This document shows, in pieces, positions 14,983 to 23,970 of a stretch of 64,000 bases of DNA. Each line of letters opens with the position of its first letter. Position 1 is the first letter of the stretch. This DNA comes from an uncultured Acidobacteriota bacterium (lineage in GTDB: Bacteria; Acidobacteriota; Vicinamibacteria; Vicinamibacterales; CAVVIG01). A model generated the notes under the pieces. It ran no database searches and had not been told where the DNA came from. It saw only the letters and a list, made by a program, of their open reading frames with translations. The stretch is from the NCBI GenBank assembly GCA_963794705.1, contig CAWCFI010000003.1:859187-923186 (forward strand), written 5' to 3'. Both the position numbers and the translations under genes were made by a program.

Positions 14983-16509
14983 CTACCAGATCCCCACCTG
15001 TCCTTTGACCGAGTCGATCAGCTTCGCTGGATCGAATCCGACTCCCTGCTTGAACACCGTCTCGACCTTGCGGATATCCGAGATGGTCGTCGCGGGGTTG
15101 CCGGCCACGACCACCAGATCCGCCTGCTTCCCGAGCGCAATCGATCCGATCCGCGCCTCGCGGCCGAGGTATTTCGCGCCGTTCAGCGTGCCGATCGAGA
15201 TCGCTTCGAGCGGCGTGAAGCCCTCCTCTACCAGCAGCTCGATCTGCCGCTGATCCGCGTAGCCCGGCACCACGCCGCCGGCGCCGGTCGGGTCGGTGCC
15301 GGCGACCAGCGTGCCGCCGGCTTTGACGAAGGCGCGCTCGAGCCGCATCGCATTCGGGAACAGCGTCGCGTAGACCGATTGGGTGTTCTGCGACGCGCGT
15401 TCGTACGCCCGCTCGAAGCTCGCCTTGAGCTGCGGCGTCAGGACGTCGAGGCCGGGCGGCATCGGTCGCCCACGCGCGAAGGTCTCGAACACCGTCAGCG
15501 TCGACGTCAGCGCGACGTGCTTCTCCACCAGCTTCTTCACGAGCGCCTTGAACGGCTCGCCGTTCTCGTCGAGCGCCGCAATCGTCTGCTGGCCCTTGGC
15601 CTGGCCGGGACAGATGTCGGGCTGCTTGTCGGTCACGAAATCGGTCGCGGCGAAGAAGCCATGTTCGAGGTTGTCGATGCCGAGATCGGCCGCCTCGCCG
15701 TAGGTCACCGAGCACAGGTGGCCGGTGATCTTCATCCCGCGCTTGTGTCCCTCGTCGATCGCGCCCTTGAGCGCGGCGCGCGAGATCTGCATGTAGGCCT
15801 TGAGCGAGGTGGCGCCCTGCTCCTGCCAGTAGGCGACGTGGGTGCGCGCCTGGCTCGCGCTCTCGACGGCATGCATCTGCAGGAACGTGTTCGGACCGTT
15901 GACGTACGGGGCCGTCGGATCGATGGCCGGACCAGGCATCTCACCGGCGGCGATCCGCCGCGCGACATTGATGTCCATGATCCCGTTCACGTTCCCCGCC
16001 GTCCTCATCGTCGTCACACCGCCGGCGAGATAGAGGCGGGAGAAGCTGACGCCGAGCTGACCGTACACGCCGGGACCGGTGGTGTAGTACAGGTGCTCGT
16101 GGAGCATGACCAGTCCGGGGATCAGGCTCTTGCCGGTCAGGTCGACGACCGTGGCGCCGGGCGGGGTCGCGATCCGCGCGGCGTCGCCGATCGCGGCAAT
16201 GTTGCCGTCGCGAATCACGATCGTCTGATCCTCGCGCGGCGGCGCGCCGGTACCGTCGATCACCCGCGCGTGCGTCAACGCGACGATCGGAGCCTGGACT
16301 TTGATATAAGGCGCGAGCGGGTTCGCGGGCGGCTGCTGGGCAACGGCAGGCCTGAAGGCCTGCACTACGAGTACAAGGGCGATGAGCACGACCGGCCCCA
16401 CCTGCCCCACCTGCCCCGCCTGCCCGTCCTGCCCGTCCTGCCCTTCCCGCCTGTCCTGCCCTTCCTGCCCTTCCCGCCCTGTCCCGCCCTTCCCGCCCCG
16501 CTGTGTCAT
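14983..16509 (-). CDS. amidohydrolase family protein (metal-dependent hydrolase, exported)
   Basis: TIM-barrel amidohydrolase motifs (LIPGLVMLHEHL, GVTTMR, KITGHL, GTDP) and a hydrophobic signal VVLIALVLVVQAF. The N-terminal 38 aa are encoded by a G-rich 9-nt repeat, so the true start is uncertain. The ATGA overlaps the upstream gene. Confidence 0.8.
   Translation of the reverse strand: MTQRGGKGGTGREGQEGQDRREGQDGQDGQAGQVGQVGPVVLIALVLVVQAFRPAVAQQPPANPLAPYIKVQAPIVALTHARVIDGTGAPPREDQTIVIRDGNIAAIGDAARIATPPGATVVDLTGKSLIPGLVMLHEHLYYTTGPGVYGQLGVSFSRLYLAGGVTTMRTAGNVNGIMDINVARRIAAGEMPGPAIDPTAPYVNGPNTFLQMHAVESASQARTHVAYWQEQGATSLKAYMQISRAALKGAIDEGHKRGMKITGHLCSVTYGEAADLGIDNLEHGFFAATDFVTDKQPDICPGQAKGQQTIAALDENGEPFKALVKKLVEKHVALTSTLTVFETFARGRPMPPGLDVLTPQLKASFERAYERASQNTQSVYATLFPNAMRLERAFVKAGGTLVAGTDPTGAGGVVPGYADQRQIELLVEEGFTPLEAISIGTLNGAKYLGREARIGSIALGKQADLVVVAGNPATTISDIRKVETVFKQGVGFDPAKLIDSVKGQVGIW
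16392..16500 (-). repeat. about 12 copies of a degenerate 9-nt G-rich unit (RGGGCRGGN) on the sense strand, G-quadruplex-prone
   Basis: The minus strand reads GGGGCGGGAAGGGCGGGACAGGGCGGGAAGGGCAGGAAGGGCAGGACAGGCGGGAAGGGCAGGACGGGCAGGACGGGCAGGCGGGGCAGGTGGGGCAGGTGGGGCC. It translates as GGKGGTGREGQEGQDRREGQDGQDGQAGQVGQVG. Confidence 0.85.
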
Positions 16510-17354
16510 CGCACTACCTCCGCTGCGATCGCGCCGAGATCGTCCTGGCCATGCCCCTTGGCGATCGCATCGTCCATCGCCTTGGCAATGCCGGGCAGCA
16601 CGGTCAACGGCTGACCCGCGGCGGCCTCGAGCATCAGCCGCATGTCCTTGCGCGCCATGGTCAGCTCGAAGGTGGCGCTGAAGTCGCCCCGTGCCATCTT
16701 GTCGCCGCGCGATTTGATCAGGCCGCCCGGCTGAAACTTGGAGAACACCGTCAGCGCCTCCGCGGCCGGGATGCCGAGCCCCTTGGCCATCGCGAACACG
16801 TCGGCCACGCCGGCCGCGATCACGAACAGCATGGAGTTGCCGAAAATCTTGTAGGCAGCGGCGCGCTCGCCGTCTTCGCCCAGATACCAGACTTCGCCGG
16901 TCATCGCTTCGAGGGTGTCCAGCACCGCGTCGTAGACCGCCTGCGGCCCGGCGGCGAGGATGATGCCGATCGAGTCGCGAGCCATCTGCGGCGACATGAA
17001 CACCGGCGCGTGCAGGAACTTCACGCCGGCCGCGTTCAGCCTGGCCACCCGCGCCTTGGTGCCCCGCGGCGAGGTGGTGGTGTGATCGATGACGATCGCG
17101 TCCTTCGTCAGTTGTGGCGTGAACGCCGCCACGATCTGATCGACGACTTCGTCGTCCGGCAACGTCATATGGACGCGGTCGGCCCCGGCCACCGCGTCGG
17201 CCGGCGTCGCGGCCACTTTCGCGCCGAACGACTGCAGGGCACGCGCCTTCGCCTCGGTCCGGTTCCAGACCGTCACCGAGTCGCCCCGGCGCAGCATCCC
17301 TTCCACCATCGCGCCGCCCAGCATCCCGGTCCCCAGAAACGCCACTCTCGCCAT
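16506..17354 (-). CDS. NAD(P)-dependent beta-hydroxyacid dehydrogenase (3-hydroxyisobutyrate / 6-phosphogluconate dehydrogenase-like family)
   Basis: Rossmann N-terminus MARVAFLGTGMLGGAMV..VWNRT. GGGAGG SD lies 6 nt upstream. Confidence 0.8.
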   Translation of the reverse strand: MARVAFLGTGMLGGAMVEGMLRRGDSVTVWNRTEAKARALQSFGAKVAATPADAVAGADRVHMTLPDDEVVDQIVAAFTPQLTKDAIVIDHTTTSPRGTKARVARLNAAGVKFLHAPVFMSPQMARDSIGIILAAGPQAVYDAVLDTLEAMTGEVWYLGEDGERAAAYKIFGNSMLFVIAAGVADVFAMAKGLGIPAAEALTVFSKFQPGGLIKSRGDKMARGDFSATFELTMARKDMRLMLEAAAGQPLTVLPGIAKAMDDAIAKGHGQDDLGAIAAEVVR

Positions 17355-17368
17355 CGCTGACCTCCCAG

Positions 17369-17382
17369 TAGAATCTACTCCA
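17369..17382 (+). promoter_or_regulatory. -10 box placed for a leaderless transcript of the ABC transporter operon
   Basis: TAGAAT (17369-17374) followed by 8 nt and GTG 17383. No SD. Confidence 0.35.
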
Positions 17383-18942
17383 GTGCTTCGTTCAGTCGCG
17401 CAGGCCGTGAGGCCGGTGGTCGGTGTCGTGTTCGTTGCCGTTCTCGTCGGCCTGGGTCCGGCTAAAGCCGGACACTACGCCTTGGGGATGGGTCCGGCGA
17501 CGACGCTGGCGCAGCCGGGCATCCTGCGCTGGGCCGGCGACCCCGAAGGCGGCGCGCCCTTCGTCGAAGCCGATCCGTCGCATCTCGATCGGGTCACCGG
17601 CTTCGACGTGGAGATCGCGGCGCTCCTCGCTGCCGGCGTCGGCCGCACGCCGCAGTTCCAGAACGTCACCTTCAGGTCGATCGACCAGAGCATTGCCCGC
17701 GGCGACGCCGAGATCGGGATGAGCGGGATCGAGGACACGCCCGCGCGCCGGGCGACGATGGCCGTGACCATCCCGTACTACGAGTTCCGCGAGGTGCTCG
17801 CGGTCCGCGATGCCGACGCGTCGCGCTTCCAGACACTCGCTGACCTCCGCGGCAAGACGGTCGGCACGCTGGAAGCGACGATCGCCTACGACATCCTGCT
17901 GCGCGCCGAGCGCGACTACGGCCTGCGCGTCGTCTCGTACGAAGACGACGTGCATCCGTACAGCGACCTGGTGATCGGGCGCGTCGACGCGGTGCTGCTC
18001 GACAACGTGCTCGCCGAGCGCCGGCACAAGGCGATGCCCGGCTTCACGATTCAGCCGCAGACGGTCGCCACCGGCCACTACGTCGGCGTGCTCTCGGCAG
18101 CCAACGCGCCGCTGCGCGACAGCTTCAACGAGATTCTCCTCGCCGCCATGCGCGACGGCCGCCTCGAGAAGATCCTGCGCCCGTGGTCGGTCTGGAACGA
18201 CGATCAGCCCAAGCTGTACCAGCAGTTGCTCGCCGGTGTGCCGGTCCCGGCCGTGATCGGCTTCGACACGTCGAGCAGCGTCGCCAGCGTCGGCCGCTGG
18301 GAGGCGGCGCGACGCTATCTGCCATCGCTGCTGCGAGCGTCGGTGGTGACCATCGCGCTGTCGTGCCTGTCGATGGCGCTGGCCGTGTCGATCGGCGTGG
18401 TCATCGCGACGGGGCGCGTCTACGGCGGACCGATCCTGCGCACAGCGCTCATCGCCTACGTCGAGCTGATTCGCGGCACGCCGATCCTGCTCCAGCTCTT
18501 CGTGCTCTACTACGGCCTCGCCTCCGCGATTCGGCTGCCGGCGTTCGTGGCGGCGCTGCTGGGCCTGGCGCTGAACTACGCCGCGTACGAGAGCGAGATC
18601 TACCGTTCGGCGCTCGAGGCGATTTCGACCGGCCAGCTCGAGGCCGCGCGCACGCTCGGGCTCAGCGAACGGCAGGTGCTGACGCTGGTGCGGGCGCCCC
18701 AGGCGTTCCGCCTGGCGCTGGCGCCGATGACCAACGACTTCATCGCGCTGCTCAAGGACTCGTCGCTGGTGTCGGTGCTGACCGTGCTCGAGCTGACCAA
18801 GCAGACGCAGATCTTCGCCACCAACCTCGGCAGCTGGGTCATTCCCGGCACTTTGTGCGCCGCCCTGTATCTCGCGATGTCGCTGCCGCTGGCCGCGCTC
18901 GCCCGACGTATGGAGCGGCAGTGGAGGGTGACGCCGCAATGA
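17383..18942 (+). CDS. amino-acid ABC transporter, fused periplasmic substrate-binding (family 3) and permease protein
   Basis: SBP_bac_3-like N-terminal half (GGAPFVEAD..GFDVEIAALLA) and a His/Glu/Gln/Arg-type permease C-terminal half with EAA loop (LEAARTLGLSERQVLTLVRAPQAFRLALAPMTN). Confidence 0.85.
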   Translation: MLRSVAQAVRPVVGVVFVAVLVGLGPAKAGHYALGMGPATTLAQPGILRWAGDPEGGAPFVEADPSHLDRVTGFDVEIAALLAAGVGRTPQFQNVTFRSIDQSIARGDAEIGMSGIEDTPARRATMAVTIPYYEFREVLAVRDADASRFQTLADLRGKTVGTLEATIAYDILLRAERDYGLRVVSYEDDVHPYSDLVIGRVDAVLLDNVLAERRHKAMPGFTIQPQTVATGHYVGVLSAANAPLRDSFNEILLAAMRDGRLEKILRPWSVWNDDQPKLYQQLLAGVPVPAVIGFDTSSSVASVGRWEAARRYLPSLLRASVVTIALSCLSMALAVSIGVVIATGRVYGGPILRTALIAYVELIRGTPILLQLFVLYYGLASAIRLPAFVAALLGLALNYAAYESEIYRSALEAISTGQLEAARTLGLSERQVLTLVRAPQAFRLALAPMTNDFIALLKDSSLVSVLTVLELTKQTQIFATNLGSWVIPGTLCAALYLAMSLPLAALARRMERQWRVTPQ

Positions 18943-19619
18943 GCGCGAACGGCGACGTCGTGCTACGGGTGGACGGGCTGCGCCTGCAACGCGGTGAGCG
19001 CGTCATCCTCGACGGCGTCAGCCTCGAGATCGGACGCGGCGAGCTGGTCGCGGTGATGGGACCGTCCGGATCGGGCAAGACGACGATCCTGCGCGCGGCC
19101 GCCGGCCTGGAGCCGTTTCAGTCTGGGCGAATCGACGTCGACGGCGTCGCCCTGAACGGCGGCGGCCCGATTCCAGCCCCGGTGCTGCGCGAACTGAGGC
19201 GCAAGGTCGGCATGGTATTCCAATTCCATTGCCTCTTCGAGCACCTGTCCGCCATCCAGAATGTCTGCCTCGCGCCGGTGCACGCGCACCATGTCGCGCC
19301 GGCCGACGCGCGCGCGCGCGGGCTGGAGCTGCTGCGCGCGTTCGGAGTTGAGCATCGCGCCGCGGCGCTGCCGCGTCAGCTGTCGGGCGGCGAGTGTCAG
19401 CGCGTCGCGATCGCGCGCGCGCTCGCGGTGGATCCGCCGGTGCTGTTGATGGACGAGCCGACGGCGTCGCTGGATCCCGAGCGCCGCAACGAGCTGGGTG
19501 CGTTGCTGCAGGGGCTGCAGCGCCAGCAGCGAACGCTGATCGTCTCGACGCACGACGAGGACTTCGCGCGCGACTTCGCGACGCGCATCTTGCGCCTGCG
19601 CGACGGCATCGTCGTCTGA
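18939..19619 (+). CDS. amino-acid ABC transporter ATP-binding protein
   Basis: Walker A GPSGSGKTT, signature LSGGECQRVAIARAL, Walker B LLMDEPTASLD. The ATGA overlaps the permease stop. Confidence 0.9.
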   Translation: MSANGDVVLRVDGLRLQRGERVILDGVSLEIGRGELVAVMGPSGSGKTTILRAAAGLEPFQSGRIDVDGVALNGGGPIPAPVLRELRRKVGMVFQFHCLFEHLSAIQNVCLAPVHAHHVAPADARARGLELLRAFGVEHRAAALPRQLSGGECQRVAIARALAVDPPVLLMDEPTASLDPERRNELGALLQGLQRQQRTLIVSTHDEDFARDFATRILRLRDGIVV

Positions 19620-19659
19620 GCGACGACGATCAACACAGAACTCGCCGATTTCTGCGGGT

Positions 19660-20934
19660 TCAGCGTTGTGCGTTGGTCTTGCCGTTGAGGGCCGTGAGCT
19701 GCTCCCTGATCTTCGTCGCTCGCTTGCGCTCCTTCCGATCCGACATCCGGCTCGGGGCGGCCGCATAGAACGCGTTGATGTTCTGACGAAGCGCGTCCGG
19801 AACCGCGGCCGCGTCGTGTCGAGTGAGCCGTCCGAGCAACTCGGCGTAGGTCTCGTCCGCCAGCGAGTATTCGCCGTGGGCGCTGGGCTTGCCGGTGTCG
19901 AAGTCGGTGTTGGGCAGATCGAGCCGTCCGCGTCCGAGTGCGTCGAGCGCCGACCGGAACCGTTCCCTGGTGGTTTTGAAGCTCTCGAGAAAGAGCGCCT
20001 CGGCCTCTTTGGTCGGCGCCTTGAATTGCAGCGGCTTGAGCGGGCCGACCTTCGGCAGCAGCCGGTAGAGGAACGCCAGGAAGCGCGCCAGCAGACCCGG
20101 TTTCTCGTAGTCGGTCCCGTAGGCCTTGTCGTATTCCTGGGGCGACAGGTTGAAGATGAACTTCTCCTCGGCCGCGCCGGGAATGAGCCGCTGGATTTCC
20201 TCACGCTTGTCACGCCAGGCGATCCGCGTGATCTCGGGGATGGTCTGGCTGACGGCATGGCGGTACGAACCGATGGCCAGGTCCTCGCTCATGAACACGT
20301 CCTTCATTTCGAGCCCGTAGGTCGCGAGGAAGGCGCGTTCGAGCACCGGCTTCGCCACCTGGAATCCGACGAAGCTCTGGTACATGTCAGAGACGTAGCC
20401 GCCACCTGCCGCCTGCACGACGTCGAACGAGAACTCCACGAGCACGTGCGTCGCCGGAGAGTCGGCATAAGTGACCGAGTCGCCGTGCTCGGCGCGAAGC
20501 TTGGGATACATCAACGCGACCGCCCGATTGACGCCGTCCGGATGGCCGACGTTGTCCGCCGCGTAGTGCGCCAGCGCGCCGAGCGCAAACGCGTACTCGT
20601 TGACGTCGCGCGACTCGTGGATCAGCGACTGGACGAACTCCCCGGTGCGGACGTAGTGCACGAGGTTGCTGAAGAAGTGGCTGCCAAACGGGTAGTAGCC
20701 CAGATCCTGGATGACCGCCCCGCCGTAGGCGTAGGCGCGTGCCTTCGTTACCTCGTCTCTGCTCGCTCGCGGATAGCGGCGGGCAAGCAATGGGCGCAGG
20801 CTCGTTTCCCAGAGCGCATCGATGTTGGCCTCGTGCGCCAGCACCGAGTATGCGCGCGCCTCCCGCGTCGCGCACACCACGAACGCGAGGAGCAGCCACA
20901 CGGCCCACCACTTCCTCGTACTTCGTACTTCCAC
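19660..20934 (-). CDS. zinc-dependent phospholipase C family protein (exported)
   Basis: AYSVLAHEANIDALW..GGAVIQDLGYYPFGSHFFSNLVHYVRTGEF..GALAHYAADNVGHP. The start is taken at GTG 20934 (VEVRSTRKWWAVWLLLAFVVCA signal); the ORF extends to 20967. Confidence 0.7.
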   Translation of the reverse strand: MEVRSTRKWWAVWLLLAFVVCATREARAYSVLAHEANIDALWETSLRPLLARRYPRASRDEVTKARAYAYGGAVIQDLGYYPFGSHFFSNLVHYVRTGEFVQSLIHESRDVNEYAFALGALAHYAADNVGHPDGVNRAVALMYPKLRAEHGDSVTYADSPATHVLVEFSFDVVQAAGGGYVSDMYQSFVGFQVAKPVLERAFLATYGLEMKDVFMSEDLAIGSYRHAVSQTIPEITRIAWRDKREEIQRLIPGAAEEKFIFNLSPQEYDKAYGTDYEKPGLLARFLAFLYRLLPKVGPLKPLQFKAPTKEAEALFLESFKTTRERFRSALDALGRGRLDLPNTDFDTGKPSAHGEYSLADETYAELLGRLTRHDAAAVPDALRQNINAFYAAAPSRMSDRKERKRATKIREQLTALNGKTNAQR

Positions 20935-20945
20935 CTTCGTACTTC
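20911..20945. repeat. five-unit heptamer array (GTACTTC type) at the M15 peptidase / phospholipase C junction
   Basis: CTTCCTC GTACTTC GTACTTC CACCTTC GTACTTC. The reverse complement GAAGTAC is the same word as in the 14874 array. Confidence 0.7.
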
Positions 20946-20954
20946 CCGTAAGCC

Positions 20955-21911
20955 TTATCCTTTCCACCGAGCGGCGGTGCCGCGGACGTCGATGTGCACG
21001 AACGGCGGGTGCGCTGAAGTGGCGGGATAGAACCCCATGCCGCCCTGAAACCGCGCGAGCTCCTTGGCCGCGAGCATCCGCTCGATCTCGTCGTAGAGGA
21101 ACTTCGAATCCTGGATATCAACCTGGCCGTCGCGGTTCAGATCGGCCATCCGATCCCTCTTCAACGGATCGATGTAGACGTCGGCGGCGCTGCCCCACTG
21201 GTGCATGCTGAACTTCACGTCGCCGATCGCGTGGTTGTAGTACGGCGTGCGAAAGGCGCTCATCACGTGGAGCGTGTCCACGGCGAACCCCATCGCGTTG
21301 ACCCGTTCGAGCACCGCCTCGAGTTTGAGGGGCAGCCGCTCCTTGAACAGCACGTATTTCGGAAAGGTCCTGCTCGTGTCTTCCTTGCAGAGGAACTGCT
21401 TCAACGTGAAGTGCGGCGACAGCCGGGTCTCCTGGTTGTCCTTCGTCACCTCGATGAACCCCGGCGGCGGCAGGTACAGCGGATTCCCCTTCAGCGGCGT
21501 CGCGGGGTACTCGCCGATGCGATAGCCGTTGAGCAGACCGTTTTTGACCTCGGTCGCCGGCACCATGACGAACCCGTGCATCTCGATCGTGTCCTTCTTG
21601 CCCGGGCCCTCGAACGTGATCAGGTAGGTGCCAGGACGATCCGGCGCCGTCCACTTCCATTGGTGCAGCCCCTGCTGCAGCAGCGTGCCGTCATTGGTCA
21701 CCGCCGCGTAGTCGCCAGGCGGCCCGCCCACGGTCTGAAATACGACCGACGCGCCGGGCAGCACAATCACCGCGGCGTCGCGGTATGCCGACGTTTCGTC
21801 GTGGAACGTCACGGCGAAGGATGCCGTCCGGGTGTCGAACTTCTCGTCGGCGGACGCCGCGATCACCATCGGCAGCAGGCACGCCGCGACCGCGAGCCGG
21901 GCGCCCTTCAT
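20955..21911 (-). CDS. peptidase M15A family metallopeptidase (YcbK/MepK-like, DUF882-type) with N-terminal extension
   Basis: C-terminal block SAFRTPYYNHAIGDVKFSMHQWGSAADVYID..PFVHIDVRG (H-x-D..H zinc site). Signal-like MKGARLAVAACLLPMVIAASA from ATG 21911; the ORF extends to 21992. Confidence 0.75.
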   Translation of the reverse strand: MKGARLAVAACLLPMVIAASADEKFDTRTASFAVTFHDETSAYRDAAVIVLPGASVVFQTVGGPPGDYAAVTNDGTLLQQGLHQWKWTAPDRPGTYLITFEGPGKKDTIEMHGFVMVPATEVKNGLLNGYRIGEYPATPLKGNPLYLPPPGFIEVTKDNQETRLSPHFTLKQFLCKEDTSRTFPKYVLFKERLPLKLEAVLERVNAMGFAVDTLHVMSAFRTPYYNHAIGDVKFSMHQWGSAADVYIDPLKRDRMADLNRDGQVDIQDSKFLYDEIERMLAAKELARFQGGMGFYPATSAHPPFVHIDVRGTAARWKG

Positions 21912-23236
21912 TGGCCGCCGGCGGTTGCCGTGTGCCGTCGATCGATGCCGTAGACGTCGGGCACCGTCTCCAGCGCGCCGTTGTTCTCCCACGCCGTGAA
22001 GTAGACGAGGTAGATCGGCAGCGGCTGTTTGAGCGCGACCGAGCGCTCGGTGCCGGCGTCCATCGCCGCCTTGATCTTCTCGTCGGTCCAGTCCGGCTGA
22101 TCGCGCAGCACGTACTGCGCGAGCTTCATCGGCTCGTCGAGGCGGACGCAGCCGTGGCTGAAGTCGCGCTCGATCCGATCGAACAGCGACTGCGCCGGCG
22201 TGTCGTGCAGGTAGACGTTGAAATGGTTCGGAAACAGGAATTTGACCTGCCCGAGCGAGTTGCCGCTGCCGGGCAGTTGGCGGTAGTTGCCGTTGGCGTC
22301 CGCCTCCATGTGATTCTTCTCGAGATACGCCGGATCCTTCGCCGCCTTCGGCAGGATCTCGTGCTGCACGATGTCCTGGGGGATGTTCCAGTACGGGCTG
22401 AACACTACCGTCGTCATTCTATCGGCCAGCACCGGCGTCGGGCTCGCCTTCTTGCCGGTGACGACCTTCATGTCGAGCACGCTCTTGCCGTTCTCGATGG
22501 CGTCGAGCCGGAAGGCCGGGATGTTGACGATCAGATACCGCGAGCCGAGATCGTCCGGCAGCCAGCGCCACCGCTCCATGTTCATCACGATCTGTTCGAT
22601 CGCGGCGGCGTCCTGCTTCTGCCGCGCGATCGCGAGCTGATGCTTGAGGCCGAGGTATTGCGGCGACTGCGGCGCCAGTCGCAGCAGCGACTGGCCGATG
22701 TTGTTGCTGCTCAGCCCGGTCTGCAGCGCATCGCGCTGATAGATGGTCCGCGGCGAGGCATGCCATTCCGGGTTCAGGTCTTCGGGATCGATCGTTCCGA
22801 CACTGAGGTCCGCCGCGTAGCGGAGGTAGGTATAGGTCGCGCGCAGATCGAGCGCAACCGCCTGGTCGGCGTTCAAAGCGGTCCGGCGCGCCGCCTCTAG
22901 CTCGTCGAGGTGATAGTCGGCCGGGTCGAGGCCGTCCTGATCCGCTGCCCGAGCGGCCGTGATCAATCCATCGAGGGTGCCGTGAGGGTGAGCTCCATCG
23001 CTCCACGCCAGCTGATAGCCGTTCTGCTTGTAGAAGCGCTGCGCCTCGTGCCACGCGTGCCGGCCACGTTCTCCTTCGTCGACAAACGCAGCGCTCCGGG
23101 CAGCGATCGCCGTCTTCAGCGCCGAGCTGGTGTCGGGCGGCGTGGGCGGAGGCGTGCTCGAGCTGGGGCGGGAGCAATGCCAGCTGGCGACCGACGCCAC
23201 AACAAGCAGGGAAAGGCGAGCACCTCGGAAAGTCAT
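21908..23236 (-). CDS. L,D-transpeptidase family protein (YcbB/LdtD-like: PG-binding region plus YkuD domain)
   Basis: YkuD catalytic block VVFSPYWNIPQDIV..GQVKFLFPNHFNVYLHDTP..SHGCVRL. Start taken at MTFRGARLSLLVVASVASW (ATG 23236); the ORF extends to 23821. Confidence 0.85.
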   Translation of the reverse strand: MTFRGARLSLLVVASVASWHCSRPSSSTPPPTPPDTSSALKTAIAARSAAFVDEGERGRHAWHEAQRFYKQNGYQLAWSDGAHPHGTLDGLITAARAADQDGLDPADYHLDELEAARRTALNADQAVALDLRATYTYLRYAADLSVGTIDPEDLNPEWHASPRTIYQRDALQTGLSSNNIGQSLLRLAPQSPQYLGLKHQLAIARQKQDAAAIEQIVMNMERWRWLPDDLGSRYLIVNIPAFRLDAIENGKSVLDMKVVTGKKASPTPVLADRMTTVVFSPYWNIPQDIVQHEILPKAAKDPAYLEKNHMEADANGNYRQLPGSGNSLGQVKFLFPNHFNVYLHDTPAQSLFDRIERDFSHGCVRLDEPMKLAQYVLRDQPDWTDEKIKAAMDAGTERSVALKQPLPIYLVYFTAWENNGALETVPDVYGIDRRHTATAGGQ

Positions 23237-23320
23237 CGCTGAGGTGGGGCTGCAAACCCGATGCCCCATCGAGGTTAACAGACGCCAGCCCTGCCGCGTC
23301 TTGATTGGCAGGAGGCGTAT

Positions 23321-23866
23321 ATGACCCGATGCATGCGACCGTTCCTGCTCGCGGCGATCACACTGGCTGCCGTCCTGCTCGCCCGCCCCGCGCTCGCGGG
23401 CCCGCCGCTGCTCTGTTTTCCGTTCGACATCGGTAGCGCCCAATCGCTGCCCATGGGACACGGAAGCTGGCAGGCGACCGACTCCAGCTATGACGTGTCC
23501 CACCTCGTCCCCGACACGCTCGCGCTGCTGACCCCAGCGACACCGGTACTCGTTCGCATGGAGACGATGCGCCGCGCGACCATCTATGCGGCCGCGCACC
23601 CGACACTGGCGTCGGCGCTGGTCGACGCGGTGCAGGCGCGCGCCGCCGCGCCCAGCCCCGACACCGCGGCGCTCGCAATCTTCGACTTCGGGTATCTGGT
23701 CGAGAGCTACAAAGAAGCGAAGTTCCTGTTCAAGCAACCGCTGCCGGCGGTCGATCGTATCGACGGATATCAGCTGGTCCTCCAGGCGCAGGTGCTGCAC
23801 CCTGATCCCGCCATGCAGCAAGCCGCGAGGATGATCGTCGAGGGCTATCCGAGAGCGACAAAGTAG
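23321..23866 (+). CDS. secreted hypothetical protein
   Basis: Signal peptide MTRCMRPFLLAAITLAAVLLARPALA. GGAGG SD lies 5 nt upstream. I recognise no family. Confidence 0.55.
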   Translation: MTRCMRPFLLAAITLAAVLLARPALAGPPLLCFPFDIGSAQSLPMGHGSWQATDSSYDVSHLVPDTLALLTPATPVLVRMETMRRATIYAAAHPTLASALVDAVQARAAAPSPDTAALAIFDFGYLVESYKEAKFLFKQPLPAVDRIDGYQLVLQAQVLHPDPAMQQAARMIVEGYPRATK

Positions 23867-23970
23867 CGCGAGGAGACGAAAGCACTGTGTTACCCTCGCG
23901 GTTTCGCCGCGTCACCTCGCCTCCACACTGGTCACGACAACGAAGGCAGACCGCGGCATGAGGAGGACAC

